From Arcicella sp. (GTDB lineage: Bacteria > Bacteroidota > Bacteroidia > Cytophagales > Spirosomataceae): DNA of 55,671 bases. The stretch covers positions 1 to 55,671 of the forward strand of contig JANXRS010000172.1 of NCBI GenBank assembly GCA_025356745.1, written 5' to 3'. The translations under genes were made by a program, and so were the position numbers. Below the pieces are notes generated by a model, which was given only the letters and a program-made list of their open reading frames with translations, was not told the DNA's origin and did no database searches. Positions 18,663 to 29,021 of this stretch are shown piece after piece (position 1 is the stretch's first letter; each line of letters begins with the position of its first letter).

Positions 18663-19976
18663 CTACACCATAAAATTCAAAATCATTACTCCAATAATTC
18701 CCACCGCCGAAACAATACTTTCCATCATTGACCATGAACGAATAGTATTTTTAATACTCAAATTAAAATACTCTTTAAACAACCAAAACCCTGGGTCATT
18801 CACGTGCGAAAACATTAAACTTCCAGAACCAATTGCCAAAACCATTAATTCAGGATTTGCTCCCGTTTGTTGAACCATTGGAGCAATAATTCCTGCCGTT
18901 GTAAGTCCTGCAACGGTTGCCGAACCTACACATATACGGATAATTGCTGCTACTAACCATCCAATAATCAATGGATTGAGTGGAAGATTTTTTAGGACAT
19001 CGGCAATTTCATTGCTTACACCACTTTCAACCAAAATCTGTTTTAAGGCACCTGCTCCCCCAATTATCAGGATAATCATGGAAACATCTTTAACGGCATG
19101 AGTATAAAAGTCCATGATTTTTTTCATCGTAAAACCCATCTTAATTCCAAGTGTAAAAGTTGCTACTGCAACAGAAATTAACATGACAATTTGAGGATCG
19201 CTGATAAAAGTACTCATTGACTTTAGAGCGGGGATATTCTTTGCGTAGATGGCTAAAATAGTGGTAAAAGCTAATAAAAAAACGGGTAAAAGAGCCGTTA
19301 AAAAGCTATTTAATGTACTTGGTAATTGACCTTCGGCAAGCGTTTCGTTTTGGAATGTTTTTAAAGGAATTGAGGGTATTTTTTTTAAGGTAGTAGCAAA
19401 AAGTGGACCACCAATAATGATGGCAGGAATGGCGATGGCGAAACCATACAATAACGTAATTCCCATATTTGCTTGAAATTGAGCAACCAATGCCGCTGGT
19501 GAAGGATGCGGAGGCAAAAACCCATGAGCCACTGACAAAGATGCTAACATCGGCAAACCGACGTAAACAGCGGGCAGTTTATACTGATTTACCACCGAAA
19601 AAATTAGGGGAATCATTAAGACAAATCCAACATTATAAAAAAGAGGAATTCCAATGATAAAACCTGTAAAGACTAATCCCCAATGAATATTTTTTTCTCC
19701 AAAAATTCCCATCATTACGGAGGCAATCCGCTGGGCTGCTCCACTTTCAGCAACTATTTTTCCCAACATTGCTCCCAAAACAACCACAATTACCAACGAC
19801 CCCAACATATCACCAATGCCCTTTTGAAGCGATTTGCCAATATTTTCGAGCGGAATTCCCGTAAAAATTCCTGCAACAATAGATACTACAAGGAATGCCA
19901 AAAAAGGGTTTATTTTTCCCCAAGTAATTAATAAAACTAAAAGTCCGATACAGATGGCAATGGTTAATAAGGTCAT
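18663..19976 (-). CDS. gntP: Gluconate:H+ symporter (GntP family)
   Basis: ESGAAQRIA, HGFLPPHPSP, GSATVA and SHVNDPGFW motifs; many transmembrane helices. Confidence 0.88.
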   Translation of the reverse strand: MTLLTIAICIGLLVLLITWGKINPFLAFLVVSIVAGIFTGIPLENIGKSLQKGIGDMLGSLVIVVVLGAMLGKIVAESGAAQRIASVMMGIFGEKNIHWGLVFTGFIIGIPLFYNVGFVLMIPLIFSVVNQYKLPAVYVGLPMLASLSVAHGFLPPHPSPAALVAQFQANMGITLLYGFAIAIPAIIIGGPLFATTLKKIPSIPLKTFQNETLAEGQLPSTLNSFLTALLPVFLLAFTTILAIYAKNIPALKSMSTFISDPQIVMLISVAVATFTLGIKMGFTMKKIMDFYTHAVKDVSMIILIIGGAGALKQILVESGVSNEIADVLKNLPLNPLIIGWLVAAIIRICVGSATVAGLTTAGIIAPMVQQTGANPELMVLAIGSGSLMFSHVNDPGFWLFKEYFNLSIKNTIRSWSMMESIVSAVGIIGVMILNFMV

Positions 19977-20078
19977 GGAAATTGTGGGTTATTGGAAAAA
20001 TGGTTCTATTATCATTAATTCAGTCATGTAAGAAAGTTATTTTTGTGGGTATTTCTCACATACAATTGGGTCTGTAAT

Positions 20079-20942
20079 TTACAAATCCTTCAACGCTTCA
20101 TATACTTTATTGAATTTTCTGAAATTTTCTTGGTAAATATCTTGATGTTCAAAATTGGGTATAAATACTTTTTCTTCAATGTCCTGATGATTAGTTTCGA
20201 TACCGAAAGTCATAAATCCAATTAGAACTGCTCCCCAAGCTGAACTTTCAATTTCTTGAGAAACTACCAATCTCATTTGAAAAATATCGGCGGTGAGTTG
20301 TAGCCAAAAGTCATTTTTAGTGAATCCTCCGCTCGCCATAATTATAGTTTCTTGACATTCTTGCTTATCAGGAATCAATATTTCGGTGATGCTTAATAAT
20401 CCAAATAAAATCCCTTCCAACGTTGCCCGAATCAAATGGGCTTTGGTTTGAACCTGCTGAAACACATTGAGCATTCTCCAACAATTCTTCAAAAGTCTTA
20501 TTTGATTGTAGAATGGATTCTTTGAGCCATTGCAAAATTACCGCTCCATTATTAATTGCTCCTAGAGTAAAATACTGTTTATCAACAAGATGATAAAATT
20601 GTGTTATCATTTTCAGGTCAATAAAAGGTTTATCAATTGGCAAGTGAACGGCTCCATTGGTGCCGATGGTTAAGGCCATTAATCCTTTTTGCATAGCACC
20701 CCAAATTGGCTAATGCTCCGTCTCCTCTCTCTAATAAATACTAAGATATGATTTTTAAATAAACTTGTGGCGGTGTGTTTTGGCGAAAAAATGGTTGAAA
20801 GTTGATTTCCATGGATTCTTAAATGATTTAAAATATCTGAGTAAATCTTCAGTATCTATCATCCCAGTTCCCGAAGCCATAGACGAATCTATCACGTATT
20901 CGCCTGTGAGATAATGCCAAATATATTCCTTTATATTGAATT
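20079..20942 (-). pseudogene. gntK: Fragmented gluconokinase (FGGY carbohydrate kinase family)
   Basis: Motifs spread over several frames: IKEYIWHYLTGEYVIDSSMASGTG, GDGALANLG, ALTIGTNGAV, AINNGAVILQW, HLIRATLEG, ASGGF, ESSAWGA. Frameshifts and internal deletions; no N-terminus. Confidence 0.8.
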
Positions 20943-21071
20943 GCCCATTTTGATTCCCTCAGCAACAATTTTTTGATTTACGTCATTGGCTACAACTTCA
21001 TAACCATTTCTTTTAAAATTGAGGGCAAGGTTAAAGCCCATTTTGCCTAATCCTATAATTCCGATTTGCAT
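20931..21071 (-). pseudogene. gnd: N-terminal fragment (46 codons) of 6-phosphogluconate dehydrogenase
   Basis: Hand translation MQIGIIGLGKMGFNLALNFKRNGYEVVANDVNQKIVAEGIKMGNSI*; Rossmann GLGKMG motif; runs straight into the gntK remnant. Confidence 0.75.
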
Positions 21072-21095
21072 ATTTTTTTGTTTATATTAATTCCT

Positions 21096-21103
21096 CAAAG
21101 GTA
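21096..21103 (-). promoter_or_regulatory. -7 box upstream of the gnd fragment
   Basis: TACCTTTG on the minus strand, 24 nt before the gnd ATG. Confidence 0.5.
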
Positions 21104-21133
21104 AAATAAAGACTCCATGTTTTAATGGAGTCT
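21104..21133 (-). terminator. Terminator after the SusD-family gene
   Basis: Minus strand AGACTCCAT-taaaac-ATGGAGTCT followed by TTATTT. Confidence 0.65.
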
Positions 21134-21190
21134 ATGGGGTTTATGATATTGAAAAGTTCGTAATTATTTTATTAGCTGTACTCATTTTTC

Positions 21191-22729
21191 TTATTTATCC
21201 CACCAAACTTTTGTATCTAAATCATCCGCTCCCATTCTTGCAATGGCTTCTTTTACGCTTAGACTATTGACAGAAATTTCCGAATTTGGATAGGTTAATC
21301 TTCTGATAAAAGTTCCTTTGATGCTTTTTCCAGGGAATGGATTGGGGGCTAAATTTGGGAAACCACTTCTTCTGAAATTGGCAAATGCTTCGGGTCCATT
21401 TAAGAAAGAAGCAACCCAATACTGCGTATTTATTTGTTCCAAAGCATTGGTCGCTACGAAAGGATTTGCTTTTTGGTAAGCATCAATCACATTCGCAGAA
21501 ATGGCTGAATTGGCATCGTACAAAGCCATTTGTTCCATGTGTAACTTAACTCCTCTATTGAAAAAAGTCTCAGCAGTAGTTCCCATAATCCATCCACGTT
21601 GTGCGGCTTCTGCCAATAATAACTGCGTTTGGGCAGCAGTTACTAAGAACATTGGTGAGGTAGTTTTTGCCATACGAGTTCTATCCACTTGACTATAATC
21701 ATAAAAACTTGCCAATTTTGATTTCGTTACTTCCGTGCCGATTGAACCATTATCAAACCCGAAAGGCATTCCGATTTGTTGCGTTGGGTCGGTTGTTGCA
21801 CGAGTAATGGTTTGTTCATTTCCAGATTTTGCACCAACGTATCTTAAAGTAATAGATTTTAATCTTGGGTCATTGGTTTGTTGCAAATACGTAACAAATG
21901 GAGCGCCCAAATAAATATTGCTTGATTCGGTCGAATTGAGTGTTTGTCCGAGCGCATTCAAATAATTGGCATCGTGTTTTATGAACGCATTGTCGGAGTT
22001 TACTTCCATAATTCCCGCTTGAAACGCCTTTTGAACGATTAATTGGGCTTGAGCAACATCAATTTTAGTCAGTCTCATTCCTGCACGAAGCAGCACAGAA
22101 TTACCAAATTTTTTCCAAAGACTCACATTTCCACCGTATAAAACATCGGCAGTTTCAATGGTTTTTGAAGCATCCAAAGCGGCAGTTGCTTCGGTTAATT
22201 CTTTAATAATTCCTGCATAAACCGTTTGTTGAGCATCATATTTTGGAAAAATTAATTGGTCAGTATAACCTTTTCCAGCTTCTGAGTAAGGAATGTCACC
22301 GTAAGTATCCGTTAAAACCAAGAAACTGTACGACTGTAAAATACGAGCCATGTTGTAAAGATTACTTCTGGTTGGCAAATTTTTCGTTGTTGAAATAACG
22401 TCGTAAGTATTGCGAATAACGGAACGATAATAACGTTGCCAATTTTGTTGGGTATTATCTCGTATATCTTGATTAAAATTTGCTCCAGCCAAAACGCCCG
22501 AATTTGGCGAAACCATCTGCTGAACAATTCCAATTTCATAAAGAATTGTCCCCGCTGGAAATGACGTATTTATTGTAGCATTATTGAGCGTAAAAACAGA
22601 ATTAATGGATGTTGCAGCAGTTTTATTAACATTCAATTCATCAAAACCTTTGTCGCAACCACTCATCAAGAAGCAAACCATAACGCTTAAAATGGTGGTT
22701 TTATGGAAATATTTATGTTTGATTTTCAT
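21191..22729 (-). CDS. SusD/RagB family outer-membrane lipoprotein
   Basis: Lipobox LMSGC; LTDTYGDIPYSEA, W.KFGNS..LR, EAFANFRRSG, RRLTYP..E and VWWDK motifs. Start re-placed at ATG 22729. Confidence 0.9.
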   Translation of the reverse strand: MKIKHKYFHKTTILSVMVCFLMSGCDKGFDELNVNKTAATSINSVFTLNNATINTSFPAGTILYEIGIVQQMVSPNSGVLAGANFNQDIRDNTQQNWQRYYRSVIRNTYDVISTTKNLPTRSNLYNMARILQSYSFLVLTDTYGDIPYSEAGKGYTDQLIFPKYDAQQTVYAGIIKELTEATAALDASKTIETADVLYGGNVSLWKKFGNSVLLRAGMRLTKIDVAQAQLIVQKAFQAGIMEVNSDNAFIKHDANYLNALGQTLNSTESSNIYLGAPFVTYLQQTNDPRLKSITLRYVGAKSGNEQTITRATTDPTQQIGMPFGFDNGSIGTEVTKSKLASFYDYSQVDRTRMAKTTSPMFLVTAAQTQLLLAEAAQRGWIMGTTAETFFNRGVKLHMEQMALYDANSAISANVIDAYQKANPFVATNALEQINTQYWVASFLNGPEAFANFRRSGFPNLAPNPFPGKSIKGTFIRRLTYPNSEISVNSLSVKEAIARMGADDLDTKVWWDK

Positions 22730-22796
22730 AAGAATTTTCTTTTTTATTTTATTGAAATAATCTGATTCACACAGAACATCATCTGCTTGCTGAATT

Positions 22797-25700
22797 CTAA
22801 AACTTAGCATTCAAGTTAAACCCAAGGCTACGAGTCGTTGGCAAACCCGTTGATTCCATTCCTACCAAATTATCAGACGAGTAACCAAACGAATCTGGAT
22901 CAATATTTGGCACCCATTTCTTAATCAAGAAAACATTATTGGCTGTCAGACTCAATTTAAGCGATTTTACAGGGAAACTTTTCGGGAGAAATTTACTCAA
23001 ATCATAACCAGCCGTAATCTGACGCAACTTCCAATATCCTCCGTTATACACCACAGGTTCAATAAGTGCTTGTGTACGAACCACCGACCAATAATCCTGA
23101 ACTTTGGCAGCAACAGCGTTAGGTTCGCCCTTTTCAGTTACACCAACGCCTGTAATAAAACCAGTTTCACGACCTTCCAATGTCATTTGGTGCAAACCGT
23201 GACGAACTGCATTGAAATTTGTACCCGAAAGCATCATATTTCCCAATTTAAAATCAATTAAGAAAGAAAGTGTTAATCCTTTATAGTTAAACGAATTGGT
23301 AATTCCACCCATCCATTTTGGTAACGCACTGCCATACGAAATCAAATCGGATGTTCTTAAAGGAATACCATTTGTTCCGAAAATCATTTGTCCTTGGTCA
23401 TTTCTTTTAACCCCAAAACCATAAATTTGACCCATTTCTTGTCCTACAATCTGGCGAAGTTCCCCATTGAAAACGTGCGTTCCCGTGGTAATTCTTTCAC
23501 CCTCTTTATCGGTTGTCAAACTCAATATTTTCGTAATATTATAAGAACCATTTACGGTTACATTCCATTGGAAGCTACTATTTTTTACGGGTGAAAATGC
23601 CAACAACATTTCTAAACCATTGGTTTGACTTTTTCCGCTATTAATCAAAGAATTGGTAAAACCCGAAGCATCCGAAATTTGAGCCGAAACAATTTGGTCG
23701 CTGGTAATTTTACGATAAGCAGCTAAGTCAATCGAAAGACGGTTTTGAAATAATTTTAATTCTAAACCAATTTCCGATTCTGAAGTACGCATGGGTTTCA
23801 GATTTGAATTAGGAACGGTTGTTCCCGAAGAACCACCAATGGGCTGTGGGCTACCCGATGGATTAGCGAATAAGTTGGCATTGATGGCATAAAATAAATT
23901 ATTTGAATACGGAGAAACGTCAGTATCACTTCCCACTTCAGCGTAAGCAACCCGTAATTTTCCAAAACTCAACCAACTTGGAATACTTGAAAGCGATTGA
24001 GAGAACACATAACTTCCTGATATAGAAGGATATAAAATACTTCTATTTTCTTTGGCAAGCGTTGAGAACCAATCATTTCTGGCGGTTACGTTCAAGAATA
24101 GAAAGTTTTTGTAAGAGAATTCGCTCGCTCCATAAATTGAATTGACAGCTCTTTCAGATAATCCATAAATAGGGTCTTTTACCCGTCCGTTCATTACTGT
24201 ATATAAATCACGAACTACAAAATCAGTTACTTGCGTTGAATTTACATCAGAGCGTCGGTACATTTGATTACCTCCCACGTTTAAATCAATTCCAAAATCG
24301 CCAAAAGTTTTGTTAGCCGTTATTAAAATATCGGCATTCGTTTCTCTAAATCTGCGTGATTCTTGGGTATAAATGCCATTGACAAAACCCACTGGTGCGG
24401 GTCCGAGGGAGGCTTGTCCCGTTGGGAAGTTGTTATAGTCTTGGTCACGTGACCAATAATCTTGACCAACCCGACCTTGAACAGAAAGCCAATCCAATAA
24501 TTTATATTTTACTGAAATATTTCCAAAAATTCTATCACGAGTAATATTTTGAAATTGTTGTGAAAGTGTGAAATAAGGATTCGTTCTGTTCTTAAATCTT
24601 GAATAAACAAATTCATCACCATTGGCATCAAATTTCTTGGCTTCCAACAAATCAAAGGGCATCGAGTTTGCCATATTATACACCGCCGTTGGAATAGAAT
24701 TATCCTGATTAGCAATGTTAGGCGGGTTTTTGTTATTCTCGTTTGAATAATTTACGTTTCCAGCAATACTCAATTTTTTAGAAATATCATACGCATAACC
24801 AAGGTTTATTGTCTTCCGATTGAAGGAGTTATTTGGTACAATTCCTTTATTATCCATGTTAGCAAATGAGAGCGTAAGTCCACCTTTTTCGGTAGTTGAA
24901 GAAATAGAAACGGTGTTCGTAAAGTTGGTCCCATTTCTAAAAAATTTGCTAATTCTATTATAAACGGGTTCGTAAGGCACCGTTACACCATCAAAAAGCA
25001 CCTGAGTCATGCCTGACTGAAATTTTTCACCAAACGACCATTGTCCCGAAGTTGGATTGGCAGTTGTTGGGCGAATTCCATTTTCTCCTTGACCATAAAC
25101 ATATTGATAATCCGTAAAATCTAAAGGGGTATCATTCGTAAAATTTGAATTAAATGATACGCCAATTCCTTTTGAGTCACCTTTGGTTTTAGTTGTAATC
25201 ATAATTACGCCATCTTTTGCTCGTGAGCCGTAAAGTGCGGCGGCGGTTGCTCCTTTCAAAACGGTCATATTTTCAATATCATCGGGATTTATACTCGAAA
25301 GTCCATCACCGCCATCGGAAGTATTTCCTCCGCCACGTACACCAATTGAATTATCTGCCGCTGCATTTCCTGGGTTAGTTCCGAAGTTTGTATTATCAAT
25401 CGGAATGCCGTTCACAACGATTAAAGGACTATTTTGTCCAGAAATCGAACTTTGCCCTCTAATTCTGATTTTAGAAGTTCCCGCAGGACCAGTTCCTAAA
25501 GGAGAAATATTTACGCCAGCAATTTGTCCTTGCAAAGCGTTCATAAAATTGGGCGTTCTGTTTTCGGTTAATGCCTCACGAGTGATGGTAGAAACGGAAT
25601 ATCCCAACTTTTTTGCATCCTTTTTAATGCCCAAAGCAGTTACTACAATTTCTTCTAAATTCTGAGTTTCTTCAGCTAATGTCACATTTATGGCATTTCT

Positions 25701-25994
25701 ATTTCCAACCTTAATTTCTTGTGAAACAAAACCAATCGAACTAAAAACCAATACAGTATTTTGTCCAACTGAAATTTTATAATTTCCCACATTATCAGTC
25801 GTAGTACCTTGATTCGTGCCTTTTATTTTCACTGATACACCCGCAACGCCATTATTTGTTTTGTCTGAAACAATACCTTTTACGGATAAATCCTGCGAAA
25901 ATGACACGCCACCATATAATATAAAACCTATCACCAACATGATATTGGATAGATTTTGAAATATATAAAGACCATTTAGTCTAATTCTTTTCAT
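22797..25994 (-). CDS. SusC/RagA family TonB-dependent outer-membrane transporter
   Basis: LEEIVVTALG, INPDDIENMTVLKG.TAAALYGSRA.DGVIMITTK plug motif, and C-terminal Phe. Confidence 0.95.
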   Translation of the reverse strand: MKRIRLNGLYIFQNLSNIMLVIGFILYGGVSFSQDLSVKGIVSDKTNNGVAGVSVKIKGTNQGTTTDNVGNYKISVGQNTVLVFSSIGFVSQEIKVGNRNAINVTLAEETQNLEEIVVTALGIKKDAKKLGYSVSTITREALTENRTPNFMNALQGQIAGVNISPLGTGPAGTSKIRIRGQSSISGQNSPLIVVNGIPIDNTNFGTNPGNAAADNSIGVRGGGNTSDGGDGLSSINPDDIENMTVLKGATAAALYGSRAKDGVIMITTKTKGDSKGIGVSFNSNFTNDTPLDFTDYQYVYGQGENGIRPTTANPTSGQWSFGEKFQSGMTQVLFDGVTVPYEPVYNRISKFFRNGTNFTNTVSISSTTEKGGLTLSFANMDNKGIVPNNSFNRKTINLGYAYDISKKLSIAGNVNYSNENNKNPPNIANQDNSIPTAVYNMANSMPFDLLEAKKFDANGDEFVYSRFKNRTNPYFTLSQQFQNITRDRIFGNISVKYKLLDWLSVQGRVGQDYWSRDQDYNNFPTGQASLGPAPVGFVNGIYTQESRRFRETNADILITANKTFGDFGIDLNVGGNQMYRRSDVNSTQVTDFVVRDLYTVMNGRVKDPIYGLSERAVNSIYGASEFSYKNFLFLNVTARNDWFSTLAKENRSILYPSISGSYVFSQSLSSIPSWLSFGKLRVAYAEVGSDTDVSPYSNNLFYAINANLFANPSGSPQPIGGSSGTTVPNSNLKPMRTSESEIGLELKLFQNRLSIDLAAYRKITSDQIVSAQISDASGFTNSLINSGKSQTNGLEMLLAFSPVKNSSFQWNVTVNGSYNITKILSLTTDKEGERITTGTHVFNGELRQIVGQEMGQIYGFGVKRNDQGQMIFGTNGIPLRTSDLISYGSALPKWMGGITNSFNYKGLTLSFLIDFKLGNMMLSGTNFNAVRHGLHQMTLEGRETGFITGVGVTEKGEPNAVAAKVQDYWSVVRTQALIEPVVYNGGYWKLRQITAGYDLSKFLPKSFPVKSLKLSLTANNVFLIKKWVPNIDPDSFGYSSDNLVGMESTGLPTTRSLGFNLNAKF

Positions 25995-26523
25995 ATTTTT
26001 AAATTGTTTAAATTAATTGAGCCAATAAGAAATGAATTTTTAAATTAAGGTTAGTATATTTTAAAGACACAACAATGCAAAATTTAATCATTTTTTAAAG
26101 AAAAAATTTACTTTTTTTACGGTGGTTAATTTTGTAATATTCTTGCAAATAATTGACCTAATTTTACTTTGCATTATCACAAAACCAAGTAAATGCATTT
26201 ATTCTGTAACAAGGAAAGGAACTTATGATATTAGTCCTTTGATGTGGATAACAATTAAACCGAGAGTATTTGAACCAAATGTAGCATTGGTTTTGGGAGA
26301 TAGGAGCAGTATTTCTGAAGCTGATTAAAGGGTTATTGGTAAAGTACTGTCGCTTAATAAAAACCAGTGATGAATCGTTTGAAATCATCCCAGCAAATTT
26401 TCTAGAGCCTTGAGTTAGAATTATTTACCAAAGAATTTGATTATCAAACTCGAATTGAGATTTATAGCATTGGAAATACACAGAAATGAAGACATTGTTT
26501 TATTACAACAAAGGACATGAAAA

Positions 26524-26850
26524 CTATTTCAATTTCTCATTCTCAAAATGTCGGGTAGCATCTCTTTTCGTTTTTTTATCTAAATTTTTCTGTAGGGCTT
26601 CGGTCAAAGAAATTCCCGTTTGATTGGCGAGACAAATAAGGACGAATAAAACATCCGCCATTTCATCGCCTAAATCTTTATCTTTATCGGATTCTTTTTC
26701 TGATTGCTCACCATATCTTCGAGCAATAATTCGAGCCACTTCGCCCACCTCCTCAGTTAGCATTGCCATATTGGTCAATTCATTAAAATACCGAACGCCA
26801 ATGGTTTTAATCCATTCATCAACGGTTTTTTGTGCTTCTTCTATCGTCAT
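26524..26850 (-). CDS. MazG-like nucleotide pyrophosphohydrolase (YpjD type)
   Basis: LTEEVGEVAR and EMADVLFVL motifs. Confidence 0.88.
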   Translation of the reverse strand: MTIEEAQKTVDEWIKTIGVRYFNELTNMAMLTEEVGEVARIIARRYGEQSEKESDKDKDLGDEMADVLFVLICLANQTGISLTEALQKNLDKKTKRDATRHFENEKLK

Positions 26851-27167
26851 TTTTGATTAATAATTTTACTAAAATAACTACCCATAAAACCACCAAATAG
26901 ACAGAGAAAGGGCGAAATATAAGTAATAAATTGAAATTCAGTAAAATTTTTCGGAGTAAATCCCAATAGTTTACTACTAAAAAATCCTATAAAAATACTG
27001 ATAGCGAGTTGTATAATTGAAATCCAACCTTTCTGTGGTTGAAGATAACCTAAACTTAAAGTTGAAAGAAAAACTATTAGTAAAGGGATATGAAAAACCT
27101 CACTATTGAGATTTACCGCAGTAATAATAACGGCTAAAATAACAGCTATAAATGTATTACGAATCAT
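26847..27167 (-). CDS. Hypothetical small membrane protein (about 4 TM)
   Basis: Hydrophobic 106-aa ORF with 4-nt overlaps to both neighbours. Confidence 0.7.
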   Translation of the reverse strand: MIRNTFIAVILAVIITAVNLNSEVFHIPLLIVFLSTLSLGYLQPQKGWISIIQLAISIFIGFFSSKLLGFTPKNFTEFQFITYISPFLCLFGGFMGSYFSKIINQK

Positions 27168-27616
27168 AGTTTATTTTTGGAATCTATAATAATGGTTACA
27201 GGACCATTATTGACTAAACTAACTTTCATATCCGCCCCAAATTCACCCGTTTGAATAGGTTTTCCTATATATTTTTCTAACTTAATAATCATATTGTCGT
27301 ACAAAGGAATAGCAATTTCGGCTTTAGCTGCTTCAGTGAAACTTGGACGATTCCCTTTTTTGGTACTGGCATGAAGTGTAAACTGACTAATTAAAAGAAT
27401 ATCACCATTAACTGCTAATAAATCTACATTCATTTTACCCTCATCATCTGAGAAGATTCTCAAACCCACAATTTTCTTGGCCAGCCATTCTACATCTTCC
27501 TCCGTATCCGAACCTGTAACGCCCAGAAGTGTCAGAAATCCCGTTTTAATCTCTCCTTTAACTAACTCATTAATCTTGACAGAAGCCTCCGAAACTCTTT
27601 GAATTACTGCAATCAT
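27164..27616 (-). CDS. dtd: D-aminoacyl-tRNA deacylase
   Basis: VIQRV, SQFTL, KGNRPSF, GEFGADM and NxGPVT motifs. Confidence 0.95.
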   Translation of the reverse strand: MIAVIQRVSEASVKINELVKGEIKTGFLTLLGVTGSDTEEDVEWLAKKIVGLRIFSDDEGKMNVDLLAVNGDILLISQFTLHASTKKGNRPSFTEAAKAEIAIPLYDNMIIKLEKYIGKPIQTGEFGADMKVSLVNNGPVTIIIDSKNKL

Positions 27617-27625
27617 AATGTCATA

Positions 27626-29008
27626 TTACATTAAAAAATAAACAATTAATAGATAAACACCATAGCCTAAAAGGTCGTTAGTCGTAGTGATAAAAGGTCC
27701 CGAAGCAATCGCAGGATTTATGTCAAATTTATTCAAAACCAAAGGCGTAACTGTCCCCATTAAAGAGGCTAACATTACAACTGAGAACAATGATAATGAA
27801 ACCGTTAACGATAAATTAACGTTAACTCCATCCACTAATAATGAACCTCCGAAAGCAAAAATTCCAGCAATTAAGGCATTAAATAAAGCAACTTTCAGCA
27901 CCTTAAAAAGACGCTCGCCTAGAGGTACATCAATTCCTGATTTATCGGCCAAACTTTGTACAATTAAAGAAGAAGATTGGATGCCAACATTACCTCCCGT
28001 TGAACCAATAAGGGGAATAAAAGCAGCAATGGCAGGAATTGCCGATAGCTTGTCATCAAAATTATCGATTAGTTTTGCCGCCAGAAAACTACCACACATT
28101 CCCATCAATAACCACGGAAGGCGTGAACGCACTAACCGCCATACACTATCATCTTCCTCAACATCTTCTGAAATACCCGTCATCGCTTGTGCATCTTCTT
28201 GGGCTGATTCCGTAATAAAATCTACGACATCATCAATGGTAATTCTTCCCAATAATCGCCCTTGAATATTTACTACTGGCACGGCATCCAAGTCATATTT
28301 TTGCATGACATCCGCCACTTCTTCACCCGTTGCAGTAGTTTTAACAGAAACTATATCATCCGAATAAATATCGGCAATTTTTGACCCTCTTTTTGCTAAA
28401 ATAATTTTCTTTAATGATACTCTACCTTGAAGAATTAAATCATCATCAACCACATAAACGGCATTTACATTTTCAACATCTTCAGCCTGTCTTCTAATTT
28501 CCTCAACACACTCAGTTACAGACTGTTTAATATTAATTTTAACCAATTCTTTTTGCATTAAACCACCCGCAGAATCTTCGTCGTAGTGCATCAAATCATT
28601 GACAAAACGAGCTTGTTCTTTATCTTTCAGCAAGCCAATAATATCTTCCGAAAAATCTTTTGGTTGCTCATTTAATATATCAACTGCATCATCAGAATCT
28701 AATAAATCAACGTATTCGGCAATTTCTTGGGACGTAAAATTTTTAAGAAACTTTTTACGGTCATCCGTATCAAGATTAGTAATAATTTCTGCTCCTAATT
28801 TTTTATCCAATAACCTAACCAAATAATGAGATTCTTCACCAGTCAATTCATACAAAATATTGGTTATATCGGCAGGATACAACTCTTCCATTTCAGCAAG
28901 GATGAAATCATTATCCTGCTGATTGATAGCACTTTGTAATTTTTCAATATACTCTTTTGTGAGTTCAAAAGGCGTAAGTTCGAAGGGTTGATTGGTAATT
29001 TGCTCCAT
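27626..29008 (-). CDS. mgtE: Magnesium transporter MgtE
   Basis: Acidic N-domain, CBS pair (AGGLM; GRITIDD), RLPWL, GGNVGIQ and SGPFITTTND. Confidence 0.93.
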   Translation of the reverse strand: MEQITNQPFELTPFELTKEYIEKLQSAINQQDNDFILAEMEELYPADITNILYELTGEESHYLVRLLDKKLGAEIITNLDTDDRKKFLKNFTSQEIAEYVDLLDSDDAVDILNEQPKDFSEDIIGLLKDKEQARFVNDLMHYDEDSAGGLMQKELVKINIKQSVTECVEEIRRQAEDVENVNAVYVVDDDLILQGRVSLKKIILAKRGSKIADIYSDDIVSVKTTATGEEVADVMQKYDLDAVPVVNIQGRLLGRITIDDVVDFITESAQEDAQAMTGISEDVEEDDSVWRLVRSRLPWLLMGMCGSFLAAKLIDNFDDKLSAIPAIAAFIPLIGSTGGNVGIQSSSLIVQSLADKSGIDVPLGERLFKVLKVALFNALIAGIFAFGGSLLVDGVNVNLSLTVSLSLFSVVMLASLMGTVTPLVLNKFDINPAIASGPFITTTNDLLGYGVYLLIVYFLM

Positions 29009-29021
29009 AGATTTATGTATT

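Noticed and set aside
22730-22810. SusD N-terminal extension overlapping susC
   Set aside because: The lipoprotein signal fits the ATG at 22729 better.
27190-27215. NNGPVT instead of NDGPVT in Dtd
   Set aside because: The family motif is NxGP(V/F)T and the Gly-Pro is intact.
27687-28265. 192-aa ORF antisense to mgtE (and similar ORFs antisense to dnaJ, murA, susC and the HTCS)
   Set aside because: They lie wholly inside conserved genes, have no motifs, and are explained by sense-strand codon bias.
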